A stretch of DNA of 64,000 nucleotides from Candidatus Shapirobacteria bacterium. GTDB taxonomy: Bacteria > Patescibacteriota > Microgenomatia > UBA12405. The notes beneath the pieces are model-generated. The model was not told the origin of the DNA and did not search any database. It saw only the letters and a list, made by a program, of their open reading frames with translations. Numbering within the stretch: position 1 is the first letter of the stretch; each line of letters starts with the position of its first letter. Below, one piece after another: positions 49,654 to 59,419 of the stretch. The position numbers and the translations under genes are program-made. Location: positions 231,983-295,982 of the forward strand of contig JBAZTV010000001.1 of assembly GCA_041661765.1 (NCBI GenBank). Reading direction: 5' to 3'.

Positions 49654-50303
49654 TGGATAATAATAAATTAAACAATCCAATAATAGGTGATATTAAAAAA
49701 GCTTTAGTTTATATTAACTCAGATCTAAACAGATTAATAAAAGAAATAAAGCCAAGAAATAATATCCCAGGAGATTGTAATTTTCCAATAATACTTTTTT
49801 GTCTTACAAGTATTGAATTTTTAGGAACACTTTGTTTTGATGATTCTACTGATGAACAACGTTCCAAAAAATACATTGAAAAATATTTTATTGATAATAA
49901 AAGTAAAGAATTAATATACAAATTCGGAATCTTAAATTTTGTAAATATTTTTAGAAATGGACTTACACATAATTTTTATGTAAAACATGGTTTCGGAATA
50001 CAAAGAAAAAGTAGAGAAATTTTATTTCTAAATCGAGAAAACAAATTTATTTTAAGGACAAATAAATTTGTAAATTCTTTTTTAAAATCTTTATCTTCTT
50101 TTGAAGAAGAATTAAAAAATAATAATTTTCAGGATGAAATATGTCGAAGATATTTAAAATTAATTAATGATGATAATAAAAAATTTAATGTTTTTTCCAG
50201 TAAAGTTTCCATAGATAACTTTACTGTTAAAGCGGCAAATGCTTCAACTTCAAGTTATAATCTATGCCCAAGTGCTGCAAATGTTGATAATATTTATGAC
50301 TGA
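49653..50303 (+). CDS. Putative HEPN-domain protein
   Basis: R-x4-H motif RNGLTH in a helical protein; very AT-rich. Confidence 0.55.
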   Translation: MDNNKLNNPIIGDIKKALVYINSDLNRLIKEIKPRNNIPGDCNFPIILFCLTSIEFLGTLCFDDSTDEQRSKKYIEKYFIDNKSKELIYKFGILNFVNIFRNGLTHNFYVKHGFGIQRKSREILFLNRENKFILRTNKFVNSFLKSLSSFEEELKNNNFQDEICRRYLKLINDDNKKFNVFSSKVSIDNFTVKAANASTSSYNLCPSAANVDNIYD

Positions 50304-50340
50304 AAAAATTTTTTACCAAAACAAAAATTTTAAATTTCCA

Positions 50341-50370
50341 TGTAGAGACGTAGCGCGCTACGTCTCTACA
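50341..50370. repeat. REP-like perfect 30-bp palindrome
   Basis: tgtagagacgtagcgcgctacgtctctaca; GTAG foot; 55 bp upstream of the RAYT gene. Confidence 0.9.
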
Positions 50371-50425
50371 TAACAACAAAAAAACGTTCCTACAAATATA
50401 AATTTATATTTCTATTATTTAAATA

Positions 50426-51019
50426 ATGGTCGATAATCCAACTAAGTTTGCCGATAAATTTAAATTAAAATCTTCTCGTCTCCAAAACTGGAACTATTCA
50501 ACTCCAGGATATTACTTCATCACCATCTGTACCCACAACCACAATAATTTTTTTGGAAAAATTATTAACAACAAGATGGAATTGTCAAAACGTGGTGAAA
50601 TTACTAAATCTGAATTATTAAAAACATTTGAAATCAGAAAAAATATTAAATTACATGAATGGGTAATTATGCCAAATCATGTGCATGTTTTAATGGAAAT
50701 TGAAAAACAAAATTATCAACACAATAAATGTAGAGACGTAGCGCGCTACGTCTCTACAAAACTAAACAACATCTCTACAGAAGAAAATAATAAAAATTTT
50801 TCAAAAATTTCACCCAAACCAAATTCAATTTCATCAATAATACGTTCATTCAAATCAGCCGTTACCCATCAAATAAATCCCAAAACAATATTTTTTGCTT
50901 GGCAACCCCGTTTCCACGATCAAATCATTAAAGATGAAAAAAAATTATTAATGATCAAAAATTATATAATCAATAATCCTATTAATTGGCAAAAAGATAA
51001 ATTTTATAATTTAAAATAA
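50426..51019 (+). CDS. REP-associated tyrosine transposase (RAYT, IS200-like HUH/Y1)
   Basis: YFITICT, VIMPNHVH (HUH), FKS, WQPRFHDQII, YIINNP. Confidence 0.92.
   Translation: MVDNPTKFADKFKLKSSRLQNWNYSTPGYYFITICTHNHNNFFGKIINNKMELSKRGEITKSELLKTFEIRKNIKLHEWVIMPNHVHVLMEIEKQNYQHNKCRDVARYVSTKLNNISTEENNKNFSKISPKPNSISSIIRSFKSAVTHQINPKTIFFAWQPRFHDQIIKDEKKLLMIKNYIINNPINWQKDKFYNLK
50729..50758. repeat. Identical REP palindrome inside the RAYT ORF
   Basis: Exact copy of 50341-50370, translated as CRDVARYVST. Confidence 0.9.
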
Positions 51020-51022
51020 AAC

Positions 51023-51502
51023 GTGAATAAAGAAAATATTTCTCAAGCCCTAACTACTGGTTTAGTTGCCGGTTATGCTGGTAAAACTGAATTTATTAAA
51101 ACAAACAGAGGCAGTTTTAGTGTAAAATCCAGTCATTTTGAAGATGAAAAAATAATTTACCATGATGAATGGACAAAAGGTGGCGGACAAGAAATTGTAA
51201 AAATCGGTGAAGAATCATTTACTCGTGTTTATGCTGGAGGGGTTGTCGATAAAGAAGTTTTAGAAAAATTAAATATTACCCATGACGATGTTATTTCTAG
51301 TTTAATGAATAAAATCCAAAAATTAGGTGAAAAAACTCGTTTATTTGCTAATTGCCCTGTAGATTTAGAAAATGATTGGAAATATGAGTACAAGATTTTA
51401 GATCAAGACGATGAAATTTCAGTTACCACAGGCAAAGAAACTATTAAATATAAAGATCAATTGGTTTTTACCCACGTCTTTGTTTTAAGTCCAATTAAAT
51501 AA
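51023..51502 (+). CDS. Hypothetical protein (DUF5680-like)
   Basis: GYAG...YHDEW..GGGQEIV...YAGG...GKETI. Confidence 0.6.
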   Translation: MNKENISQALTTGLVAGYAGKTEFIKTNRGSFSVKSSHFEDEKIIYHDEWTKGGGQEIVKIGEESFTRVYAGGVVDKEVLEKLNITHDDVISSLMNKIQKLGEKTRLFANCPVDLENDWKYEYKILDQDDEISVTTGKETIKYKDQLVFTHVFVLSPIK

Positions 51503-51503
51503 A

Positions 51504-51740
51504 ATGTATTTCCTCTACATACTCCAATGCGCCGACCAAACCCTTTACACTGGCATTACCACCAATTTAGACAGAAGAGTCAAAGAACACAATAATTCCA
51601 AATTGGGTGCCAAATATACCAAGGTCAGACGACCAGTAAAATTAGTTTATTCGCAACAATTTACTGATCGATCAGAGGCCTCAAAAGAAGAATCAAGAAT
51701 TAAAAAATTATCACGTCAGCAAAAATTAAGTCTTTTTTAA
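51504..51740 (+). CDS. GIY-YIG nuclease (YhbQ/YazA-like)
   Basis: YILQCAD.TLYTGIT...RVKEHN...GAKYT. Confidence 0.92.
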   Translation: MYFLYILQCADQTLYTGITTNLDRRVKEHNNSKLGAKYTKVRRPVKLVYSQQFTDRSEASKEESRIKKLSRQQKLSLF

Positions 51741-51775
51741 GAATTTCTTAAGAATTTAATTTTTTAATATGGGTT

Positions 51776-54049
51776 ATGGTTAACCCTATCTTTGTTCAAT
51801 TTTTTTTCATCATTTTTATAAATATTGTTCACCCAATTTATGCAGAAGAACCAACCCCTATTCTAGAATCAACAACCACTCCAGAACCAACTATTGAAAT
51901 TACTCCATATACTTCTCCGATTATAACCATAACCCAGCCCCCAACCCCAATAACCACTGAAACACCAGGAATTAATCCCTTTTTAGAAACCGATAAATCA
52001 GATTATTCTCCGACCGAAACAGTAATTATTTCAGGCCATAATTTTTTATCGAACACTCAATATTTTTTGAATATTACTTCAGACAATTTAAATATTATTG
52101 AACCAATTACCTCAAATGAATCAGGATCTTTTACTTATAACTATGAATTAGACGGTATTTACCGTACAACTTATAAAGTTGAAATTAAAGATTTAAACAA
52201 TAATATTATTTCTAATATCATTTTTACTGATAGGCGAGATGTTATTTCGGCAACCATTAATGGTGTTAATTCGGTCAATGTTTTTCCAAAAGAGTCAATT
52301 ATTGTCACCGTCGGTGTCAATACTGATTGGTGGTGGTTTTGGAATAATGATTGGAGATCAACCTCTTGGCGATTTGGAAATTCTGGAAATTGGAATTGTG
52401 TCGACACTCCCGACCATCTTAAATCAGGCGATTATTTTGAATCATTTGAAATTGATTCTCCTTCAACCTTAGGAAAATATCAATTACAAATTAGAGTTTA
52501 TGGACTTAAAAATTGTAACCCTCTATTAAAGAGTGATATTTTTACTCTAAAAAATGCCATCACTGTTTTAACTCCCGACACCACTCCTCCCATAATTACC
52601 ATTGATCCCTATAATACTACTCCAACTAATCAAGATATTACTATTACCGCTTCAACCAACGAAGGCATTATTAATACCACCACTCACACTTTTACAGAAA
52701 ATAGTAGTTTTACTTTTACTGCCACTGATGATGCTGGAAATATTTCTAATCAAACCGTAAATATTAATAATATTGATAAAACCACTCCTTCTACTCCTTC
52801 ATTAATTTCGCCACTTGATGGCATTTCATTAAAAGGGGATTCGATTATCAATGATTGGTCGAGCATCAGCGATGCTAATAAATATTTTTATGAAAGTTAT
52901 TCCGATCAAGAAACTAGTCAATTAAAATGTAGTCAAATTATTTTTGCTCCAGATCATTCTAATACTATAAATACTGCCACAGACGATACCTTCTGGTGGA
53001 GAGTTAGAGCAATTGACAATGCTGAAAATCAAAGTCAATGGAGCGAATTAAGAAAATTAATTATCGATAATACTCCACCAGTGATTACTGTCAATCATTA
53101 CAATACTAATCCAACCAATCAAAATATTACCGTCACTGCTTCCACTAATGAAGGTGAATTAAATGAGAAATCCCATATCTTTGAATCAAATGGGTCTTTT
53201 GTTTTTATCGCTATTGACGATGCTGGAAATAGCTCTAGTAAAACAATAACTATTACAAATATTGATAAAACCAGCCCTATTCTTAGTTTTTCGATTAACC
53301 CAAATAATCCTGATACTGATAATGGTTGGTATAAAACTCAACCTCAAATTAATTTGTCATTTACAGACAATAATTTCACCATCATTCAATATCAATGGGA
53401 TACTCCCACTGGAGAATGGATTAATTATATCGATTTTATAAAACCTAATTTTGAAGGTATTCACACCCTTTATTTTCGTGCCATTGATTTAGCTGGAAAT
53501 CAAACCACTGGTTTTAAAGAAATTAAGTGGGATCAAACAGATCCGTATTTGGCTCCTCAAAATATTATCGCCGATCCGAATCCCACCAGTAGTAACACTT
53601 CTAAAATTAAATGGAAAACTGCAAAAGATAATATTGGTATTGATAAATATGAAATCCAATGGATTTTAAATGATATTAATAATCCGCTCTTTTATTCAAA
53701 AACCGTTGGAGTAAACACTACTGAAGTTGATATTGATAAATTAATTAAAGGTCGCTGGACAGTTAAAATTATAGCCTTTGATTTTAGCAGTCGAGTCAAA
53801 GATAATTCTATCGATTTATATATTACTGATTCCGTTTCACCTACTCCGATTCCAACTTTTAAATTAAATAAAACTATCTCTATTGTCACTCCTAAAATTA
53901 CTCCTAATCAAATCGCTCAAGATTTTTCACCAGAAATAAAAGGTGTTAGCAGTACTAATACTAACAACTCTATTCCATGGCGACTAATCCTAAGTTTAGG
54001 TATCATTATTTTATTTATCGGTGGTCGCAGACTTTTTTCCAAAAAATAA
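51776..54049 (+). CDS. Surface protein with Ig-like/FN3-like repeats and C-terminal TM anchor
   Basis: Signal peptide; duplicated D.TPP.IT...PTNQ.IT.TASTNEG...DDAGN...NIDKT module; C-terminal TM plus basic tail. Confidence 0.8.
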   Translation: MVNPIFVQFFFIIFINIVHPIYAEEPTPILESTTTPEPTIEITPYTSPIITITQPPTPITTETPGINPFLETDKSDYSPTETVIISGHNFLSNTQYFLNITSDNLNIIEPITSNESGSFTYNYELDGIYRTTYKVEIKDLNNNIISNIIFTDRRDVISATINGVNSVNVFPKESIIVTVGVNTDWWWFWNNDWRSTSWRFGNSGNWNCVDTPDHLKSGDYFESFEIDSPSTLGKYQLQIRVYGLKNCNPLLKSDIFTLKNAITVLTPDTTPPIITIDPYNTTPTNQDITITASTNEGIINTTTHTFTENSSFTFTATDDAGNISNQTVNINNIDKTTPSTPSLISPLDGISLKGDSIINDWSSISDANKYFYESYSDQETSQLKCSQIIFAPDHSNTINTATDDTFWWRVRAIDNAENQSQWSELRKLIIDNTPPVITVNHYNTNPTNQNITVTASTNEGELNEKSHIFESNGSFVFIAIDDAGNSSSKTITITNIDKTSPILSFSINPNNPDTDNGWYKTQPQINLSFTDNNFTIIQYQWDTPTGEWINYIDFIKPNFEGIHTLYFRAIDLAGNQTTGFKEIKWDQTDPYLAPQNIIADPNPTSSNTSKIKWKTAKDNIGIDKYEIQWILNDINNPLFYSKTVGVNTTEVDIDKLIKGRWTVKIIAFDFSSRVKDNSIDLYITDSVSPTPIPTFKLNKTISIVTPKITPNQIAQDFSPEIKGVSSTNTNNSIPWRLILSLGIIILFIGGRRLFSKK

Positions 54050-54065
54050 TACAATATAACGTATT

Positions 54066-54794
54066 ATGATTATTAATAAAATTCATCTTCAAATTCTAGA
54101 AGACATTGACCATTTAATCGTCTCTAAAAAAACTGATACTCAATGGGTTAAAAAATATCTCGGCACCGATAAAATTTTTCATGGTTTTTCCACTGGTCAA
54201 ATGGTCGATTTAGCAAAAAAGATAGTTAAAGAAAATAATTTGACCGACCCTCAAATAATTAGATTATCTGATTCTCTTTATAAAAATGGAACTACCTATA
54301 CTGAAATCGCCATCGCTGCCATCATTTTAGGTCAATCAAAAACTCTTTTAAAAAGTTTTGATCCAAATCATCTTGATTTATGGTTAAATTATACCTGTGG
54401 TTGGGCAGAAAATGATGTACTTTGCCAATCAAATTTTACTGATGAAATTATTTTGAATAATTGGTCTGCTTGGGAAAGAATTTTAAAACAATTTAATAAA
54501 GATAAAAACATTAATAAACGCAGGGCCAGTTTAGTTTTATTAACTAAATCTCTCCGTCAATCAGATGATTCACGTTTATCAAAAATTGCTTTTGAAAATA
54601 TCGAAAAATTAAAATCCGAAAAAGAAATATTAATTACTAAAGCCGTTTCTTGGTTGCTTCGTTCTTTAGTTAAATTTCACCAAAAAGAGGTTTTAGATTA
54701 TCTCGAAAAAAATAAAAACACTCTTCCTAAAATTGCTTACCGAGAAGCGTTTACTAAAGCCACCACCGGCCGTAAATACAACAAAAAGAAATAG
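54066..54794 (+). CDS. DNA alkylation repair protein (AlkD-like HEAT repeat)
   Basis: WAENDVLC, KRRAS, KAVSWLLR. Confidence 0.82.
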   Translation: MIINKIHLQILEDIDHLIVSKKTDTQWVKKYLGTDKIFHGFSTGQMVDLAKKIVKENNLTDPQIIRLSDSLYKNGTTYTEIAIAAIILGQSKTLLKSFDPNHLDLWLNYTCGWAENDVLCQSNFTDEIILNNWSAWERILKQFNKDKNINKRRASLVLLTKSLRQSDDSRLSKIAFENIEKLKSEKEILITKAVSWLLRSLVKFHQKEVLDYLEKNKNTLPKIAYREAFTKATTGRKYNKKK

Positions 54795-54881
54795 CCTCCC
54801 TGTCAAGGGAGGTGCCCGAAGGGCGGAGGGTTTTAAAACCAAAAACCCCTCCTTTTTTAAGGGAGGGGGTAGGGGTAGGTT
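54794..54881. repeat. Two adjacent GC-rich palindromic repeats between convergent genes
   Basis: gcctccctgtcaagggaggtgcccgaagggcggagggtttt (54794-54834) followed by cccctccttttttaagggagggggtaggggtagg. Confidence 0.85.
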
Positions 54882-54887
54882 TTAGAT

Positions 54888-56174
54888 TTAATATCTATCT
54901 TCCACAAAAGTCAAAGCATAACCTTGATGATCAGCTCGTCCAGTTCTACCAATTCGGTGAACATAATCTTCGTAATTATTTGGTTTATCGTAGTTAATTA
55001 CATGAGTAATATCAGCCACATCCAAACCTCTAGCTGCAACATCAGTAGCAATCAAAATATTAATTTCGTTTTCTTTAAATTTTCTTAAAGTTGTTTGTCG
55101 TTGATATTGGGCTTTATTTCCATGAAGTGAACCAACTTTAAATCCTTGCTGACCCAAACCTACAGATAGTTTTTCAACTACTAATTTAGTTCCACCAAAA
55201 ACTAACACTTTTTTAAATTCTTCTTGATGTAGTAATTTACTAAGCATAGTTTCTTTATCTTCTCGTCTTACTCTTACAATGTTTTGTTCAACATTTTTAG
55301 AGCTTTCTTGAGTTTTAACCGAAATTTCAGCCGGATTAGTTAGAAAAGAATCAATTAAGGGTTGGATTTTTCTATTAACTGTTGCTGAGAAAAATAAAGT
55401 TTGATGAGGTGTGGGAATTTGGCTTACAATTTCTTTAATATCTTGCACAAAACCCATATCCAACATTCGATCAACTTCATCTAAAACAATAGTATCGAAT
55501 TTATCAAAACGAATCACCCTTCTTTTGGCTAAATCTTTAATTCTTCCTGGAGTTCCCACAATAATATGTGGATCTCTCTTAATATCCAATATTTGTTCTC
55601 GAATATAAGCTCCACCAATGGCCAAAGCCACAAAAACTCTCATACCAAAAGTAAAAGATCTAATTTCTTGTTTTGTTTGTTGAGCTAATTCTCGAGTCGG
55701 TGACAAAATAAGAATTCTTTTATTTGGATTTTCTAAAATTTTATTAATTAAAGGTAAAGAAAAAGCTGCAGTTTTACCTGTTCCAGTGTTAGAAATACCC
55801 AAAACATCTCGGCCATCCAAAATATGGGGGATTATTTCGTCTTGAATTGGAGTTGGTTTTAAATACCCTTTATTCTTAATATTATCCATTAAAATTGGGT
55901 TTAAATCAAAATCTTTAAAATTATTTTTAACTTTAGCATCTTCAATTTTTACCATTGGCTCAGCTTTTTGGATAAACATAGACACGTCAATTCGACTTTC
56001 AAAAATTCGATTTCTATTACCACCGTTTCTACTACCGACAAATCTATTTCCACCATTTCCGGCATTACTTCTGCCACCAAATCTGGTTCGACCACTATTT
56101 GGTCTTTGTTGAGTTTTACCACCAAAATTATTGGTGAATTTATTCTGATACATAATTTTTGTTGACCTAAACAC
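54888..56174 (-). CDS. DEAD-box RNA helicase (start possibly ATG 56153)
   Basis: PTPIQ, TGTGKT, PTRELA, TPGR, DEVD, SAT, ARGLD, HRIGRTGR. Confidence 0.95.
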   Translation of the reverse strand: MFRSTKIMYQNKFTNNFGGKTQQRPNSGRTRFGGRSNAGNGGNRFVGSRNGGNRNRIFESRIDVSMFIQKAEPMVKIEDAKVKNNFKDFDLNPILMDNIKNKGYLKPTPIQDEIIPHILDGRDVLGISNTGTGKTAAFSLPLINKILENPNKRILILSPTRELAQQTKQEIRSFTFGMRVFVALAIGGAYIREQILDIKRDPHIIVGTPGRIKDLAKRRVIRFDKFDTIVLDEVDRMLDMGFVQDIKEIVSQIPTPHQTLFFSATVNRKIQPLIDSFLTNPAEISVKTQESSKNVEQNIVRVRREDKETMLSKLLHQEEFKKVLVFGGTKLVVEKLSVGLGQQGFKVGSLHGNKAQYQRQTTLRKFKENEINILIATDVAARGLDVADITHVINYDKPNNYEDYVHRIGRTGRADHQGYALTFVEDRY

Positions 56175-56281
56175 TGTTTTTTGGCCGTAACCTAGAAACT
56201 TGCGGTGCCCACAAAAAAATAATGCACCAATTTGCTCAAATCAGTCTGTAGTCTACCACATCCCCACCCAATTGCAAACAG

Positions 56282-56322
56282 GCCTCCCTGTCAAGGGAGG
56301 TGCCCGAAGGGCGGAGGGTTTT
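56282..56322. repeat. GC-rich palindromic repeat identical to 54794-54834
   Basis: gcctccctgtcaagggaggtgcccgaagggcggagggtttt. Confidence 0.9.
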
Positions 56323-56323
56323 A

Positions 56324-57589
56324 TTAAAAAAACACCTGCCACAACATCACCAACACAGAAATCAACATAAATCCAAAAATTATCCATGCTACTACTTTAT
56401 TTTTCTTTTTAGTCTTAAATTTACCCACAATTCTCTCGTCGTCGCTCAGTTTAATGATAATGGCAATCAAAGGCACAGCAGCTATACCATTAATAACTGC
56501 TGAATAATAAAGCGCACTCATAATATTGATTTTAAGTAAATTCATTGCAAGTCCGACTATTGTTGACACTGCAATGATTGCATAAAACATTTTTGCTTTT
56601 TTAAATTTTTTAGATAAACCTTCTTTGAATCCAAAAGCATCAGAAATTGCATAACCAACCGATCCTGCCAAAACCGGAATCGACTGCCAACCAATTCCAA
56701 TTATTCCCACCGCAAATAAAATATAAGCAAAATTTCCCGCCAATGGTTTAAGTGCCAACGCTGCTTGTTGTGGTGTTTCTATATCAGTAATTCCATGAGC
56801 GTGCAGTGTCGCTGCTGTCGTTATAATTATTGAAAAAGTCATCAAATTGGAAAATAACATTCCAATTTTTGTGTCTCGCCCCATAGCTGTAATTTCTTTT
56901 TGTTTTACTTCTGGTTTACAATCGAAATCTTTTACCTTACCATCGGCTATTTCTTCCTCTATTTCTTCTGATGCTTGCCAAAAAAACAAATAAGGTGAAA
57001 TAGTTGTTCCTAAAAACCCGATCATTGTCATGATATATCCTAAATTGAATTCTATTTGTGGAATCAACGTACTAAATGCAATTGTTTTCCAATCTTGTTT
57101 CACCATAAAAGCCGTAATCAAATAAACCCCCAAACTTAATCCTAACCATTTTAAAACTCTTGAATATTTTTTATAAGGAATAATTATTTCCATTAAGATA
57201 ATCAGCACTCCGATAAAAATCAGCCAGCCAAAAAAATTCAATCCAAAAAGCATTTGCATTGATGCCGCCATTATTCCCAAATCAGACCCAATATTAATAG
57301 TATTAGCAACCGCCAATAATGAAACTGCCATAAATAATAATCTTTTTGAATGATATTTTTTAATTACTCCAGCTAAACCCTTGCCCGAAGTCATTCCAAT
57401 TCGTCCACACATTTCCTGAATTACCACCATTGCCGGCCATAAAAATAACGCCAACCAACTCATTTTATAGCCATATTGAGCTCCAGCAATCGAATAAGTC
57501 GCAATTCCCGACGGATCATCATCAGCCGCTCCAGTAATAAACCCCGGTCCAATTTTTTTGAAAAAGTTTCTAATTTTTGTTAATATCAC
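56324..57589 (-). CDS. NRAMP-family divalent metal transporter
   Basis: GPGFITGAADDDPSGIATY, GTTISPYLFFWQ. Confidence 0.92.
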   Translation of the reverse strand: MILTKIRNFFKKIGPGFITGAADDDPSGIATYSIAGAQYGYKMSWLALFLWPAMVVIQEMCGRIGMTSGKGLAGVIKKYHSKRLLFMAVSLLAVANTINIGSDLGIMAASMQMLFGLNFFGWLIFIGVLIILMEIIIPYKKYSRVLKWLGLSLGVYLITAFMVKQDWKTIAFSTLIPQIEFNLGYIMTMIGFLGTTISPYLFFWQASEEIEEEIADGKVKDFDCKPEVKQKEITAMGRDTKIGMLFSNLMTFSIIITTAATLHAHGITDIETPQQAALALKPLAGNFAYILFAVGIIGIGWQSIPVLAGSVGYAISDAFGFKEGLSKKFKKAKMFYAIIAVSTIVGLAMNLLKINIMSALYYSAVINGIAAVPLIAIIIKLSDDERIVGKFKTKKKNKVVAWIIFGFMLISVLVMLWQVFF

Positions 57590-57679
57590 TTGCTAAAGAT
57601 ATCAGATCAGCTTCCCATTCATCAAGGGAGAGGGTTAGGGCGAGTGGGCTTTTATTTATATATGTAGTAAAATAGTTCC

Positions 57680-59416
57680 ATGACTCAAAATTTCTCCACC
57701 ATTAAAATTGCCGGTCCAGCTGGTTCTGGCATTAAATCCGCCGGTCAAGTTTTTTCCAAACTTCTAATCGACCATGGCTACAATTTAGTTGACTACAGTG
57801 AATATCCATCCCTAGTTCGCGGTGGTCATAACACTTATCAAATTACCTTTTCCAACGAAAAAGTTTTTGCCGCTCATTTTAATGTCGACTTATTTTTTTC
57901 AGTCTATCCAAATCATTGGCAACCACATCAATCAGAATTTACTAAATCAACTTTAGTTTTTTCTGAAGAAGATTTTTCCACCGTCAAATCGAAAGCCACG
58001 TTTATTAAATTACCTCTAAAGGAAATGGCTGACCAAGTCGGTAGTCCTTTAGTTATTAATACCCTCTGCTTGGGTATCGCTACTTATATTTATGGTCTAG
58101 ATGTCCAAAAAGCCAAAGACCTTATTTGTGAGGCCTATCAAAAATATTGCGAAATAAATTTAAATGCCTTTAATATTGCCTATTCTTACGCAGAAAAGAA
58201 TTTCTCTAAATTTCAAATTAAAATAAAAAAACCTACAAAAATTGTCAAAATGGGGTTTAACGAAGGAAACGAAGCTTCTGGTTGGGGATTTATTAAAGGT
58301 GGTGGTAGTTTTTATGCCGCTTATCCCATGACTCCAGCCACTGGTATTCTTCATTTTTTAGCCAACAAACAAACAGAATTTAAATTAACCGTCGTTCACC
58401 CCGAAGACGAAATTGCCGCCGCCAATATGGCTGCTGGCGCTGCCTTTGTTGGTGCCCGATCGGCCACTGGCACTTCTGGTGGTGGTTTTGCCCTTATGAA
58501 TGAAGCCGTCAGTTTCTGTGGCATCGCCGAAATTGGTATGGTTTATTATTTAGTTTCCCGCCCCGGTCCGGCTACCGGTCTTCCCACTTGGACTAGCCAA
58601 GGTGATCTTCTTCACGCCATTTATTCCGGCCACGGTGAATTTCCCAAAGTGGTTTTGGCTCCCGGCGATGTTAATGAATCCTTTGAATTAAGCCACATCG
58701 CTCTCGATTTAGCGGCTCAACTCCAAACCCCAATCATAGTTGTCAGTGATAAATTAATCGGTGAATCCAGCTCCAGTACCAAATATTTTCCCGACATTAA
58801 GGTAAAAATCAACAAAGGTAAAATCTTAAACGAAATTGAAGGCGATGATTTTAAAAGGTATGCTTTTACCAAAGACGGCATTTCTCCAGTTTCTCTTCCC
58901 GGAACTCCCGGAGGCGAATTTATGGCCAACAGCTACGAACATGATGAATTTGGTTTTTCCACCGAAGATGCTGTCCTTTCCGAAAAAATGTTTCAAAAGC
59001 GAATGTTAAAAACCAAAACAGCTCTTAAAATTTGTCCCAAGGCCAATTTTTTTGGTTCTAAAAAAGCCAAAAAACTAATTATCGGTTGGGGCTCTCCCAA
59101 AGGGGCCATTTTGGAAGCCTTAAAATTGATGGACAACAGAGAAGATTTTGCCTTTTTACAATTAAAAACTCTTTGGCCAATTAATCCTGAAATTCAAACT
59201 ATTATTAATGCTTTTAAAGAAACCATCGTTATTGAAAATAATGGAACTAATCAATTAGTAACCGTTCTTAAATCTCAATTTGATTTCAATCCGACCAAAA
59301 TCATTAATAAAAATGATGGCCGTCCTTTCTTTCCCGAAGAAATAATTAAATTATTAGAAAGTCGCCCTGTCAAGGGAGATGCCCGAAGGGCAGAGGGTTT
59401 AAACATTAAAAAATAA
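57680..59416 (+). CDS. korA: 2-oxoacid:ferredoxin oxidoreductase alpha subunit (gamma-alpha fusion)
   Basis: GPAGSGI, AYPMTPAT, EDEIAA, TSGGGF, RPGPATGLPT. Confidence 0.92.
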   Translation: MTQNFSTIKIAGPAGSGIKSAGQVFSKLLIDHGYNLVDYSEYPSLVRGGHNTYQITFSNEKVFAAHFNVDLFFSVYPNHWQPHQSEFTKSTLVFSEEDFSTVKSKATFIKLPLKEMADQVGSPLVINTLCLGIATYIYGLDVQKAKDLICEAYQKYCEINLNAFNIAYSYAEKNFSKFQIKIKKPTKIVKMGFNEGNEASGWGFIKGGGSFYAAYPMTPATGILHFLANKQTEFKLTVVHPEDEIAAANMAAGAAFVGARSATGTSGGGFALMNEAVSFCGIAEIGMVYYLVSRPGPATGLPTWTSQGDLLHAIYSGHGEFPKVVLAPGDVNESFELSHIALDLAAQLQTPIIVVSDKLIGESSSSTKYFPDIKVKINKGKILNEIEGDDFKRYAFTKDGISPVSLPGTPGGEFMANSYEHDEFGFSTEDAVLSEKMFQKRMLKTKTALKICPKANFFGSKKAKKLIIGWGSPKGAILEALKLMDNREDFAFLQLKTLWPINPEIQTIINAFKETIVIENNGTNQLVTVLKSQFDFNPTKIINKNDGRPFFPEEIIKLLESRPVKGDARRAEGLNIKK

Positions 59417-59419
59417 CTT

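Noticed and set aside
52575-53275. Internal DNA repeats in the surface-protein gene as possible DGR template/variable repeats
   Set aside because: Both copies are coding domain duplications, differences are not adenine-specific, and no reverse transcriptase is present
54812-54997. ORFs starting MPEGRRV (also 56300-56503)
   Set aside because: Artefacts of the GC-rich repeat; they run antisense into real genes
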